A DNA stretch of 64,000 nt from NCBI RefSeq assembly GCF_964204645.1, contig NC_134027.1, forward strand, positions 372,001-436,000, written 5' to 3'. The stretch is from Tubulanus polymorphus. Lineage: Eukaryota > Animalia > Nemertea. Below the pieces are notes generated by a model. The model made no database searches. It worked only from the letters and a program-made list of their open reading frames with translations, and had not been told where the DNA came from. Both the position numbers and the translations under genes were made by a program. Positions 32,894 through 44,800 of this stretch are shown here, in pieces (positions within the stretch are counted from its first letter, which is position 1; each line of letters opens with the position of its first letter).

Positions 32894-35800
32894 ATGCCAA
32901 AAGCCATAAAAAAAACGCGGGGCGTGGGGCCCTCAACATCCAGCCCCTATAATAAAGTAAGTACAAATTTACTGCTTCCATGCTTATTTATTCATCCAAT
33001 ACTTAGTATTTTGTACCCCTGGGTCCAGTTTCACAAAAAGGATTAACGCCTAAATCGATTTAAGATAAACTGAATTAATGAAGAAATTAAATCGATTTAA
33101 GAGTTAAACCTGTTTGTGAAACTGGGCCCTGAATTGCATCTAGAATGAAAAAAAAGAAAAAAAAATATTGAAAATAACGTTGGTGAAATATTTCTGGATC
33201 TTTCTGGATTTCTGCTCAATGCATCGTTTAGTAAAATATCGATATTCTTTAAAAGTAAAGATATAAGAATAAAAATATTGTATTGAATCGTGATTAGTTA
33301 CTGTATGCGCTGCTAGTTGTTGCCCAACCCATAGCCTCATTTCTCTCCATTCTAAATTTGCATTGTTTAACATTGCCTGGTTGCTATGGAAACTATTTAT
33401 TTAAGTTTCTTTGTGGTATCCATGGCATCAGTAACGTTTAGGTAGTGGCACCAATTATGGGTCCCAACGTTCCCATGGCGATACATGAGAACATTTATCC
33501 TATTTTTGACCTTCATGACGTAAGATGGTGGTGAGTCGATGACGTCATTTTCGTCTCACCACTAATGAAAAAAAAAATGAAATGATAAAAAAGGAAAAAA
33601 TGGTTAGAATTACGTTTATAAAATTTTTCTGGATCGGCTAAATGTATTGTTCCATTAAATATCGACATTCTCTAAAATCATAGGCATCAATATCAAAATG
33701 ATGATACAGCAGACTCCGCTTAACTCTGTTCTATTTGGACCATTAATTAACCGAATACCGACTTTTTAAATTTTGGGATTTTAACTTTAAGGATCAGAAA
33801 ATGTGTATGCAATATCAACCGGGTACCGAGTAGGGTGGCCGAGTCTACTGTAGTCTGCTGCCCCCTCGAATCCATTACCTTATTATCTCTCAATTTGCAT
33901 TGTTTGACCTCGTCTGGTTGCTATGGAAACTATTTAGTTATATCAGGAACGGTTTTTTCGAGGTAACCAGTGGCAACATTTAACAGGCGTGTCCGTCCTA
34001 GAGATAAACTGTCTGATTTCACAGCCACATCCGTCCTGGAGATAAACTGTTAGATAAACTCTGATTTCGCGTCCGTCCTATTTCTTGTCATTGTATGAAT
34101 ATGTTTTCTCTTTTATAGGGTACAGCGCAGCAACAGCAACAGCAACAGCAACAACAACAGCAGCAACAGCAACAAAAATTTGATATTTCCATGTCTGGGA
34201 TTGACGTAAGTTATCGTAAACGCCTGTTTGAAGTCATCATTCTTGAGCTTGAAACCGAAATTTATATATATAGAATATTAAACCCTGCTTCTGCTACTGA
34301 CAGGTAATGTCCGTCATACATTACTGCATCGTCAAATCTATACCAGGGTGCACCCAGCCTGATCGTTCGCATCATCACATGCAAAGGGCTGATTATTTTG
34401 GAACCCAGTTTTTATCAGCTGGAACATTCTGCACATTCGACCATATTGATTGATAGCCCGTTATAGACGAGTGGAGAAAAACTGGAAAACCAGTTCAATG
34501 TTACCTCATGGTAAACATAAGGGAATTTCAATGAGTTTAACTCACATTTACAGAGTTTTAACGAGGTTAGACTGAATTAACCATTATTCCATCAATGGTG
34601 TGTTCTGTCCATCAAGGCTCCTCAGACGCACCGAGCAGTCAAATGCAGCAGTAGCGCGAGGGTCGGGTGTTCTCGTGTGGGCAGACGGTCCGAACCCCAA
34701 AACCATTTACTTACACTATACAAATCAGATCAGGTTTTTAACATTGTCTTTGATTGTATTTTCAGTTTCTGCCGACAACGCCGACAACGCCGCCAAGCGG
34801 TACTTCTACGCCGGTAAGTGATAACTATTTTCTAATAAATCACGCTTATTTCAATTTGTAATTTGAAAATAGAGGGCAGTAGCTGCTTTGCATAAATTAT
34901 GCTAATTAGGAATAAATTCAAATTCGATTAAGTGTCATCATCGTAGAAGTCATATATTAATGATGCTATCTCTACAGTTGTCATTTAAATTAAGTGTTAT
35001 ATTTACTACTTAATTTGCTTCATGACCCAAAAGCCTCTACTATATAACTACTGGTTTTGTTCTAATCTTGGAGAATTTGCTGCAAAATTAACTTATCATT
35101 CGTTAATCAGTTTTTATTGAAAACCTGAATCAGTGATACATGCATTCATGAATATCCATCTAATATTTTGTTTTATTTTATCTTTACAGAACATATCACC
35201 GATACAGCATGTGGACGTAAGACATTAAACATTGATCTTGAATTTTAAGTTCAAACTAATTTATTTTTTATCTCACTCGGGACTATAGTTATTGCGTTCA
35301 CTTTGCGTCCAGTTTTCTCGGCTAGTTTTTGATTTATCGTGTTGATAATTGGTTTATATACTCAAACTACTCAAACTCAAAATATTGGCACAATTGGAAT
35401 TAAGATGGCGGACTTGTATGACCATTTTTTTCCCCGGCAAAATCAGCGCTTTAGGATCAATTCTGTTGTTGTTATATTACATTGAAATCAGAGTTTAATA
35501 TATATCAGTATAGAGCAGGTTTTTGCTCTAGTTATAAATAAAGTTATAAATAATCTCATGACATGTTCTGTATATGTGTAGTGAGTTTCAATGTCTTTGG
35601 TTCCTTTTAAACCAGGGGGAGTTAAATTTGAAAATGTCAGATCGTCGAGCATTTCAGACCACTTCCAAAGTGGGTCCCTGCACCCCTAGTTATACCGTTA
35701 ATATTTTAATAATACATTAATATTTTTATTTGATAGAATATATTGATATACCATACATTGATATCGGTCTTGTAATTGGATCAACAACCATGAGATCAAA

Positions 35801-38800
35801 ACACAGCAAATATGAACCTGCTGTGAATCAATAGATTTGTGATAAATGTAATGAAATTGTTATTTTTCATATTGACTTTTTGAGTTAAGGGTCTGTTGTA
35901 TAAGAGTATTTGGTCTCGCGTGTCAATGTATGATATCAATCTGTTGTATTTCCTCGTTCCAATGTTTAAAAGGTGTTCGTCACCTTATATTAATATCCTC
36001 CGTGTTTAAAAACCTGTGCGTATTACTTTTACCGTTAGATGGCGCCATAAGTGTGATATTTGATATATGGGATACCCGCAAAACCAGCTATTCCACCAGA
36101 TGGCGCAACGAGTAGTAGGTCGTTCGTTGTCAAAATTAGTTCATTTTCGATGAACTTTGAACTGGTTTGAAGAAGAAATACTTTCATTCTTCTACTCTGA
36201 TATCGGTTTAGTTTTCATTAATAATTGATTCATTTAAGAGAACAATTCATTCAGATTTAATTGAAATGTACAAGAAAATCGAACGCAGACGACCAACTAT
36301 TTACTAGCGACACCTGGTGGATCCTCGCCTGCCATAAGTGGAATCCTCGATTGCCACAGTAAGACTGTGGGTATCCCATTGTTTGGCGTGTGATAAAGTA
36401 AAGTTAGAAAACGAATGTTTAACTTTGTTGTGAAATGAAAGCGTTTTGGAGATTTTTAAACCGATCAAATCAATATTTTGATATTACGCTTGAAACCCTT
36501 CCCACTCATATTCTGCTTACTAAGTATATATTCTAGTTTCCGAGGAAATCATGGTGAGTGGCGCCATCTATACAGTGGAGTTAGCTTTATAAATCGAGTA
36601 TGATTCGACAAGTGGCTCCATCTATTCCCTAATACTGAAGCGAGGTAACCAGCAGCGCCCTCATATACAGGAAATGAACGCCTATCAAGTTTAACAATGC
36701 ACGGTGTATTGACCACAGCGACCGGTGATAATTATATCAATGTTGATTAGCTATTGCCATAGACAGGTCCGTAGCGTTTGACTGGACCAGAACGGGGTCT
36801 CCTAACCAAAACAAATTTTGAAAACGTGCCCAGATAAATTGCCTCTGGGAGATTGATTAACGAGGTTTTGATTGAATGAACAAATTTTAATATTTGTAAG
36901 TTTAACATTTCTGTTTTTAATTTTTCTTTGTAAGGAACTGAATTTTCGAACCCCCCTGAACCGCTTCAAGCTACGTTCCTGATATAGTGCTAGCTATACC
37001 TGAATACTTTTCTCTTATTGAAATTGTCTAAAAAACCAGCACCTTGAACTAATGAACGTCATAATGAAAATGTTTAAAAATTCAACCATTAATGAATTTG
37101 ACTAATGTATTTTTTTTATTTTCATTTCTAGCGTCAGTTTGCCTCAGAGGCTACGTCGCCGTCGCTTAATGTAAGTATCAGTGATGCCCTCAATCTCACA
37201 TGCCTCACTTCCCTCCTAATGTAACCATTTTTATGAAATTCCTCAAGAAAATATATACTGATAATCTTAGAATACACGTTTTTGTACCCAGACCCCTTCA
37301 TTCTACTGAACTACCGTGTAATCAGTACCTGTTGTGTTCATTTTCTGTTGCATTGATTTATATATTATTTCTATTTATAGTTGTCAAACAGCAGCAGCAG
37401 CAGCAGCGCACCCCTCCCGCCGGAGACGCCTCCCGACTTGCAAGCAAGAAGTAAGTTCAGTCTTCAAATACAATTTCAACGCATTCAATTTTTTGTATGG
37501 CGTTAAAACGGTTAAAGTTGTGACTAGTTTTCATAACTCCGTGACGTCAGGTGTGACACAAAATACAATATCATATTTCCATCGAGTACCGGACCCTTTC
37601 CTATGTTTTTTGCCAATTTGGATTGAATGATCGCCAGCGGTTTTTCTATACGACCCGGCTCTGCTGTATTGCATTTAGCCATCCTTTTTCTTGGCGTTTT
37701 TTATAAGAAGGTGTTTGATTTTGTCTCTAAGGGATTTAGGAATTTAAGAGACACTTGTACTCTCTATGCAGTGAGTTTGTTCTGTTTTTGTTCCCTCGTG
37801 AATTTTATTTTTGTTTGAATCAAATCAAATCAGTGCATCTTTCTTGAATTGCGTGTATGTTATAATATTATGTAAGTTATAACGTTAAAATATCTGTTAT
37901 ATTTAAACCGAATATTTAATTGTTGTATTTTGAATGCGATAATGCCGCTCCCTGCTAAAGTCCAGCGTCGTCGTCGTGAGGGATGCGGTCATCTGTTCGG
38001 GCCCTGATTACGTTCTGTGTTCATCCTGTTTGGCTACATCGGGCGTTATATGAGTTAATCCTTCCTGGACTTGCGGATTGTGGTCGGAAGATCTATGGGT
38101 TCGGGCCGAGAAGTCCCAGAAACAGAAAGTACAGTTTCTGTCGATGTACCGATTGATGTCTCTATTTCAGAAAGTAACAGCGGTCGCCAGCTGTACTAGC
38201 AAGGTTGGTTTCCCAACTCCATTCTCCGAGGAGGATCGCTGGTTCTCTAGTGCCGGTCAGTCACCAGTCAATCAATGGTTCAGCTGGTTCACTGTCCGAA
38301 TGGTATTTCCCAGATATCGCACAGGAACTCGGGTTCAGTCCTGGCTACTCCGAGCAATGGTCCGGTCCAGGCATCACCGGGAACTGTACATCCAGTCCGG
38401 TGCGGTCACCTCCGAGCACCGGTCCAGTCCAGGCATCACCAGTTACTGAACATCTTGTCCGGTCCGGGCGGCCTCAAGCTACGGTTGGGTCCAGGCATCA
38501 CAGGGTACTGAACATCTGGTCCCGTCCAGGCATCACCGGGTACTGAACATCCAGTCCGGTCCGGTCCAGGCATCACTGGGAACTGTACATCCAGTCCGGT
38601 CCGGTCCAGGCATCACTGGGTACTGAACATCTGGTCCAGTCCGGCAGCTTTGAGCACCAGTCCATTCCAGGCATCACCGGGTACTGAACATCCAGTCCGG
38701 TCCAGGCATCACCGGGTACTGAACATCCAGTCCGGTCCGGTCCAGGCATCACTGGGTACTGTACATCCAGTCCGGTCCGGTCCAGGCATCACTGGGAACT

Positions 38801-41800
38801 GTACATCCAGTCCGGTCCGGTCCAGGCATCACCGGGTACTGAACATCCAGTCCGGTCCGGTCCAGGCATCACTGGGTACTGAACATCCAGTCCGGTCCGG
38901 TCCAGGCATCACTGGGTACTGTACATCCAGTCCGGTCCGGTCCAGGCATCACTGGGAACTGTACATCCAGTCCGGTCCGGTCCAGGCATCACCGGGTACT
39001 GAACATCCAGTCCGGTCCGGTCCAGGCATCACTGGGTACTGAACATCCAGTCCGGTCCGGTCCAGGCATCACTGGGAACTGTACATCCAGTCCGGTCTGG
39101 TCCAGGCATCACTGGGAACTGTACATCCAGTCCGGTCCGCTCCAGGCATCACCGGGTACTGAACATCCAGTCCGGTCCGGTCCAGGCATCACTGGGTACT
39201 GAACATCCAGTCTGGTCCGGTCCAGGCATCACTGGGAACTGTACATCCAGTCCGGTCCGGTCCAGGCATCACTGGGAACTGTACATCCAGTCCGGTCCGG
39301 TCCAGGCATCACCGGGTACTGAACATCTGGTTCGGTCCAGGCATCACCGGGTACTGAACATCCAGTCCGGTCCGCTCCAGGCATCACCGGGTACTGAACA
39401 TCCAGTCCGGTCCGGTCCAGGCATCACTGGGTACTGAACATCCAGTCCGGTCCGGTCCAGGCATCACTGGGTACTGAACATCCAGTCTGGTCCGGTCCAG
39501 GCATCACTGGGAACTGTACATCCAGTCCGGTCCGGTCCAGGCATCACTGGGAACTGAACATCCAGTCCGGTCCGGTCCAGGCATCACCGGGTACTGAACA
39601 TCCAGTCCGGTCTGGTCCAGGCATCACTGGGTGCTGAACAGCCAGTCTGGTCCGGTCCAGGCATCACTGGGAACTGTACATCCAGTCCGGTCCGGTCCGG
39701 TCCAGGCATCACTGGGAACTGTACATCCAGTCTGGTCCGGCCAAGGCATCACTGGGTGCTGAACATCCAGTCTGGTCCGGTCCAGGCATCACTGGGTACT
39801 GAACATCCAGTCTGGTCCGGTCCAGGCATCACTGGGAACTGTACATCCAGTCCGGTCCGGTCCAGGCATCATCAGGTACTGAACATCCAGTCTGGTCCGG
39901 GCGGCCTGGCATCAATGTTTCGAATTTGAAACATAGTTATTATGGCTCTAGGTTTGGTAGAGGGCGCTCTTCTACCAGACGCAGGAGTAAGGTCACCTTC
40001 ACTGATATCGAGGATGGATCGAGAGATTATGATTGATTCTGTAGGAACCATCATCATTCATCAGTTCACGTAGAGGGACCGTTTAGGAAGTTCATGTCTT
40101 TCACGTCGAGGGACCGTTTAGGAAGTTCACGTCTTTCACGTCTAGGGACCGTTTAGGAAGTTCATGTCTTTCACGTCGTGGGACCGTTTAGGAAGTTCAC
40201 GTCTTTCACGTCGAGGGACCGTTTAGGAAGTTCATGTCTTTCATGTCGAGGGACCGTTTAGGAAGTTCATGTCTTTCACGTCGAGGGACCGTTTAGGAAG
40301 TTCATGTCTTTCATGTCGAGGGACCGTTTAGGAAGTTCATGTCTTTCACGTTGAGGGACCGTTTAGGAAGTTCATGTCTTTCACGTCGAGGGACCGTTTA
40401 GGAAGTTCACGTCTTTCATGTCGAGGGACCGTTTAGGAAGTTCATGTCTTTCACGTCGAGGGACCGTTTAGGAAGTTCATGTCTTTCATGTCGAGGGACC
40501 GTTTAGGAAGTTCATGTCTTTCACGTTGAGGGACCGTTTAGGAAGTTCATGTCTTTCACGTCGAGGGACCGTTTAGGAAGTTCACGTCTTTTACGTCGAG
40601 GGACCGTTTAGGAAGTTCATCTCTTTCACGTCGAGGGACCGTTTAGGAAGTTCACGTCTTTCACGTCGAGGGACCGTTTAGGAAGTTCATGTCTTTCACG
40701 TCATGGGACCCTTTAGGAAGTTCATGTCTTTCACATCGAGGGACCGTTTAGGAAGTCGTCACAATAATCGGGATTTCCGTGATTTCGAAAGTAAGATGTT
40801 ATTGTCATTGTAAGCTACCGCAGTTACAGGTAAGCCTATTCTTGATTGCCCGGTTAGAAGTTCAGTTATTCGGAATTCTGACTCTGAATTTCTGAGGGGT
40901 AGCATCTGATTTCAACGAGGATCTAGTTCCTGCAGCAATAAGCTTCGGGTTGCCGCTCACAACGGAAGCTCGTAACACGGTTAGCCATGCCTGCAGGGGA
41001 TATGCTATTTTTTACCCCTCAGCCATAGGACGCAAGGGGTAAAAAATCACTTATGTCCGAACGGGCGGGCTGTTTGTTTTTGACATATACAGGTCATCCA
41101 AGATGGCCGCCACAGCCATTGCAATGTGTGAAATAGCCATTTGAAGCTTGTTATCGCTCTACAGACTTAAGTTTTTCATTGATTTTCTTGTGACTTGGTT
41201 TGTTTGTTTGAGGTGTGAGATGGATGAGCCCTATTATTTTTGACATATATAGGTCATCCAAGATGGCCGCCACGGTTGTTTTAATGTGTGAAATAGCTAT
41301 ATTTTGGAGCTTGTTTTCCACTGTACAATCTACAGTTTTATACTGATTTTCTTATCACGTGCTATGTGGATTGAAGGCATAAGGATCGATGAACTCTACT
41401 GTGTTTGATGTGTGTAGGTCATCAAAGATGGCCACCACAGTTATATCAGTGTCTTGAATAGCCGATTTGGAGCTTGTTACTGCTCTAAGATGTAGAAGCT
41501 TAGAGGATTATAATTTTATTCATACTTGTACTGTGGTTTATTTATGGTGGTCAGAGGATGAGCCCTATTACAATTTTGCATTCTCTACTTGACTCACTGG
41601 TCAAGGGTTAATATCTAGTTTGTTAAATGTGGAGAAACTCGTGCTAAGTCCTCGGCAGGTCCCCATGTCGGTGAATCACCACCAACCCCACCCCCCGGAC
41701 TTTGATCTCAATATTTTGCGTGAATCGTCAGCAGTTTCAAGAGAATGGGCTCGATTAGGTGTGGAACAATTGGAATCCTCGATTGCCACAGTCGAACCTA

Positions 41801-44800
41801 GAGTATTAAGAGCTCAATTAGGTTCGTCTTTGCGTCTCTTCTCCGGTTGGAGTGCTCCAGTTTTGACCAAACGGAGGAATATTCGAGAGGTGCAGATTCA
41901 AGTCAACCATGCGGACTCCGTGAAAGAAGCGTTCTGGTCCAGCTCCAGCTCCGACAGCTCAAGGTTCAGCTCCGGCTCCGGCAGCTCAAGGTCCGGCTCC
42001 GGCAGCTCAAGGTCCAGCTCCAGCTCCGGCCGCTCAAGGTTCAGCCCGAACTCACACAATGCCATCTCAAGCATCTTACTTTCTCAAGCGGCTACTGGTG
42101 GTTGGAGAACAAGTGCACAGCTCCAACATTCTCGTGCCCCTTCTGGTCAGAATAATTCTAATTCATATCACTAAAAGGAGCTCTTCCTCTCGGAGAAACT
42201 CAAAATGAATGCTCGGGGCCAGTGAGAGGTTGTCTGCAGCAGGCAGCCACTGGTCCGTCGGTCCCGGGTCGTATCACGGAGGCTACTGTCTTCAATTCTG
42301 AACACCTCTCGACATGCGCCCGAAAGCAGATCAGGAGACACTAATCTCGTCAGCTCTCAAAGATCTGGCCAAAAAGAGAGCAATAGAACCAGTACGCGAC
42401 GAAGCCACATCCGGCTGGTTTTCATGAAAATTTATGCTCCTGAAAACCACAGGGCGTCGATGGACTGTCATTCCTCGAGCGGCACCTGGATATCCCGAGG
42501 CTTCCGATGACTAAAACAGGGAGGTAATTCAAGGTCTCCGTCGAGGTTAATGGGCGGCTTCATTGGACCTAAAAGATGCATATTTTCAGGTTCCTGTTCA
42601 CCCGAAATCCTGTCAATTTTACAGAATAAAAGTTGAAAGGCTGCCAGTTCCAGTTCAGGTCTCTTCCAATCGGCCTCAGTACAGCCCACGCCCTGGGTAT
42701 TTACCAGCTTGGGTCAAGTCCAGAAGGTACATTACAGTCCAGGGCTGGGTTTCATAGATATGGAAGAAAAATAATTCCAGGGAACATTTTGAAATTTGTC
42801 AGTTATAACCATGGTTTCTCATTGTTAGTATGGTGGTTGTTACCAAGATTGAGGATTTACCCCTAGGGATAACTTTGATACTCAGTCTATGAAACCGGGT
42901 CCTGGAGTATTTGTCTGTTGGTTTACCTCGACGACTGGTTACTAGTACCAAACTCGACTATAGAATGTCAGGAGGCGAGGACCGCTGTCGTAGACTTAGT
43001 TCACCAGTTCCGCGTAAACTAAGTAAAATCTCACTTGATGCCATCCCAACAGTTCACATCTCCGGATCAGCACGGTCTTTCCGTCCATGGCTCGAGTAGC
43101 CAAACTTCAAGAAGCGTAGTTACCACAAACGAGAGGACAGCTAGTAATCGGTGACGCCTGTGGCTAAATGCAATACCGCAGTGCCAGGGATCGTATCTCT
43201 GGCTATCTCACATTCAGAGAATATTAACTAAAACCATAGGAAAGGGTCAAGCAGTACTCCGAAAAAAAACAAATTTTATTTCCAAAAAATTATGATATTA
43301 TATGGATTGCATGCTGTGTGGAAGAAGTTTTCAAAATTATTTAGGAGCTTATTATAATTTGAATGCATGAATTGAGAGCAATTTGAAATGTGTTGATATC
43401 CAAAAGTGTCTCCATTGACTTCACTCATTCACCTGATGAAGCTTCTATACATTAGTACCCAAAGCTTGTGTGTCAAATAAACTAGTTACACGTCCTATAA
43501 AGTACTACTTGTCTCGTTATATATTCTAAACCCCAGTTAACAATTCCAGTAAGTCAGGTTTAGGGAATAGATATTTAAACCTTCAGATGATACCGATGTG
43601 ATACAATTCCAGTAAGTCAAGTTTAGGGAATAGATATTTAAACCTTCAGATGAAACCGATGTGATACAATTCCAGTAAGTCAGGTTTAGGGAATAGATAT
43701 TTAAACCTTCAGATGAAACCGATGTGATACAATTCCAGTAAGTCAGGTTTAGGGAATAGATGTTTAAACCTTGAGATGAAACCGATGTGATACAATTCCA
43801 GTAAGTCAGGTTTAGGGAATAGATATTTAAACCTTGAGATGAAACCGATGTGATACAATTCCAGTAAGTCAGGTTTAGGGAATAGATATTTAAACCTTGA
43901 GATGAAACCGATGTGATACAATTCCAGTAAGTCAGGTTTAGGGAATAGATATTCAAACCTTGAGATGAAACCGATTTGATACAATTCCAGTAAGTCAGGT
44001 TTAGGGAATAGATATTTAAACCTTGAGATGATACCGATGTAATACAATTCCAGTAAGTCAGGTTTAGGGAATAGATATTTAAACCTTGAGATGAAACCGA
44101 TGTGATACAATTCCAGTAAGTCAGGTTTAGGGAATAGATATTTAAACCTTGAGATGATACCGATGTAATACAATTCCAGTAAGTCAGGTTTAGGGAATAG
44201 ATATTTAAACCTTCAGATGATACTGATGTGATACAATTCCAGTAAGTCAGGTTTAGGGAATAGATATTTAAACCTTCAGATGAAACCGATGTGATACAAT
44301 TCCAGTAAGTCAGGTTTAGGGAATAGATATTTAAACCTTGAGATGAAACCGATGTGATACAATCCCAGTAAGTCAGGTTTAGGGAATAGATATTTAAACC
44401 TTGAGATGAAACCGATGTGATGCAATTCCAGTAAGTCAGGTTTAGGGAATAGATATTTAAACCTTGAGATGAAACCGATGTGATACAATTCCAGTAAGTC
44501 AGGTTTAGGGAATAGATATTTAAACCTTGAGATGAAACCGATGTGATACAATTCCAGTAAGTCAGGTTTAGGGAATAGATATTTAAACCTTCAGATGATA
44601 CCGATGAATTTAGCAATTTTGAATGAATTAAACCAATATGAGATTTCGATCCTAAGAATATTGGAAGCTTGTGTTTAACTTTACTAAATAGTAATATTAT
44701 ATAAAGCTAGAAGGACACGAGGGTATCCATTTTTTTGCCCGATCGCAACGATTAAATTCGCCGGTGAATTTATACGCCCGATACGAGCGGGTACCGATCT

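Noticed and set aside
38078-39042. ORFs over the 40-bp array as genes
   Set aside because: Unit is not a multiple of 3 and contains TGA; no recognisable domain
43537-44616. 359-aa minus-strand ORF as a real protein
   Set aside because: Perfect 21-aa repeats from a 63-bp unit, non-ATG start, no unique flanking coding sequence
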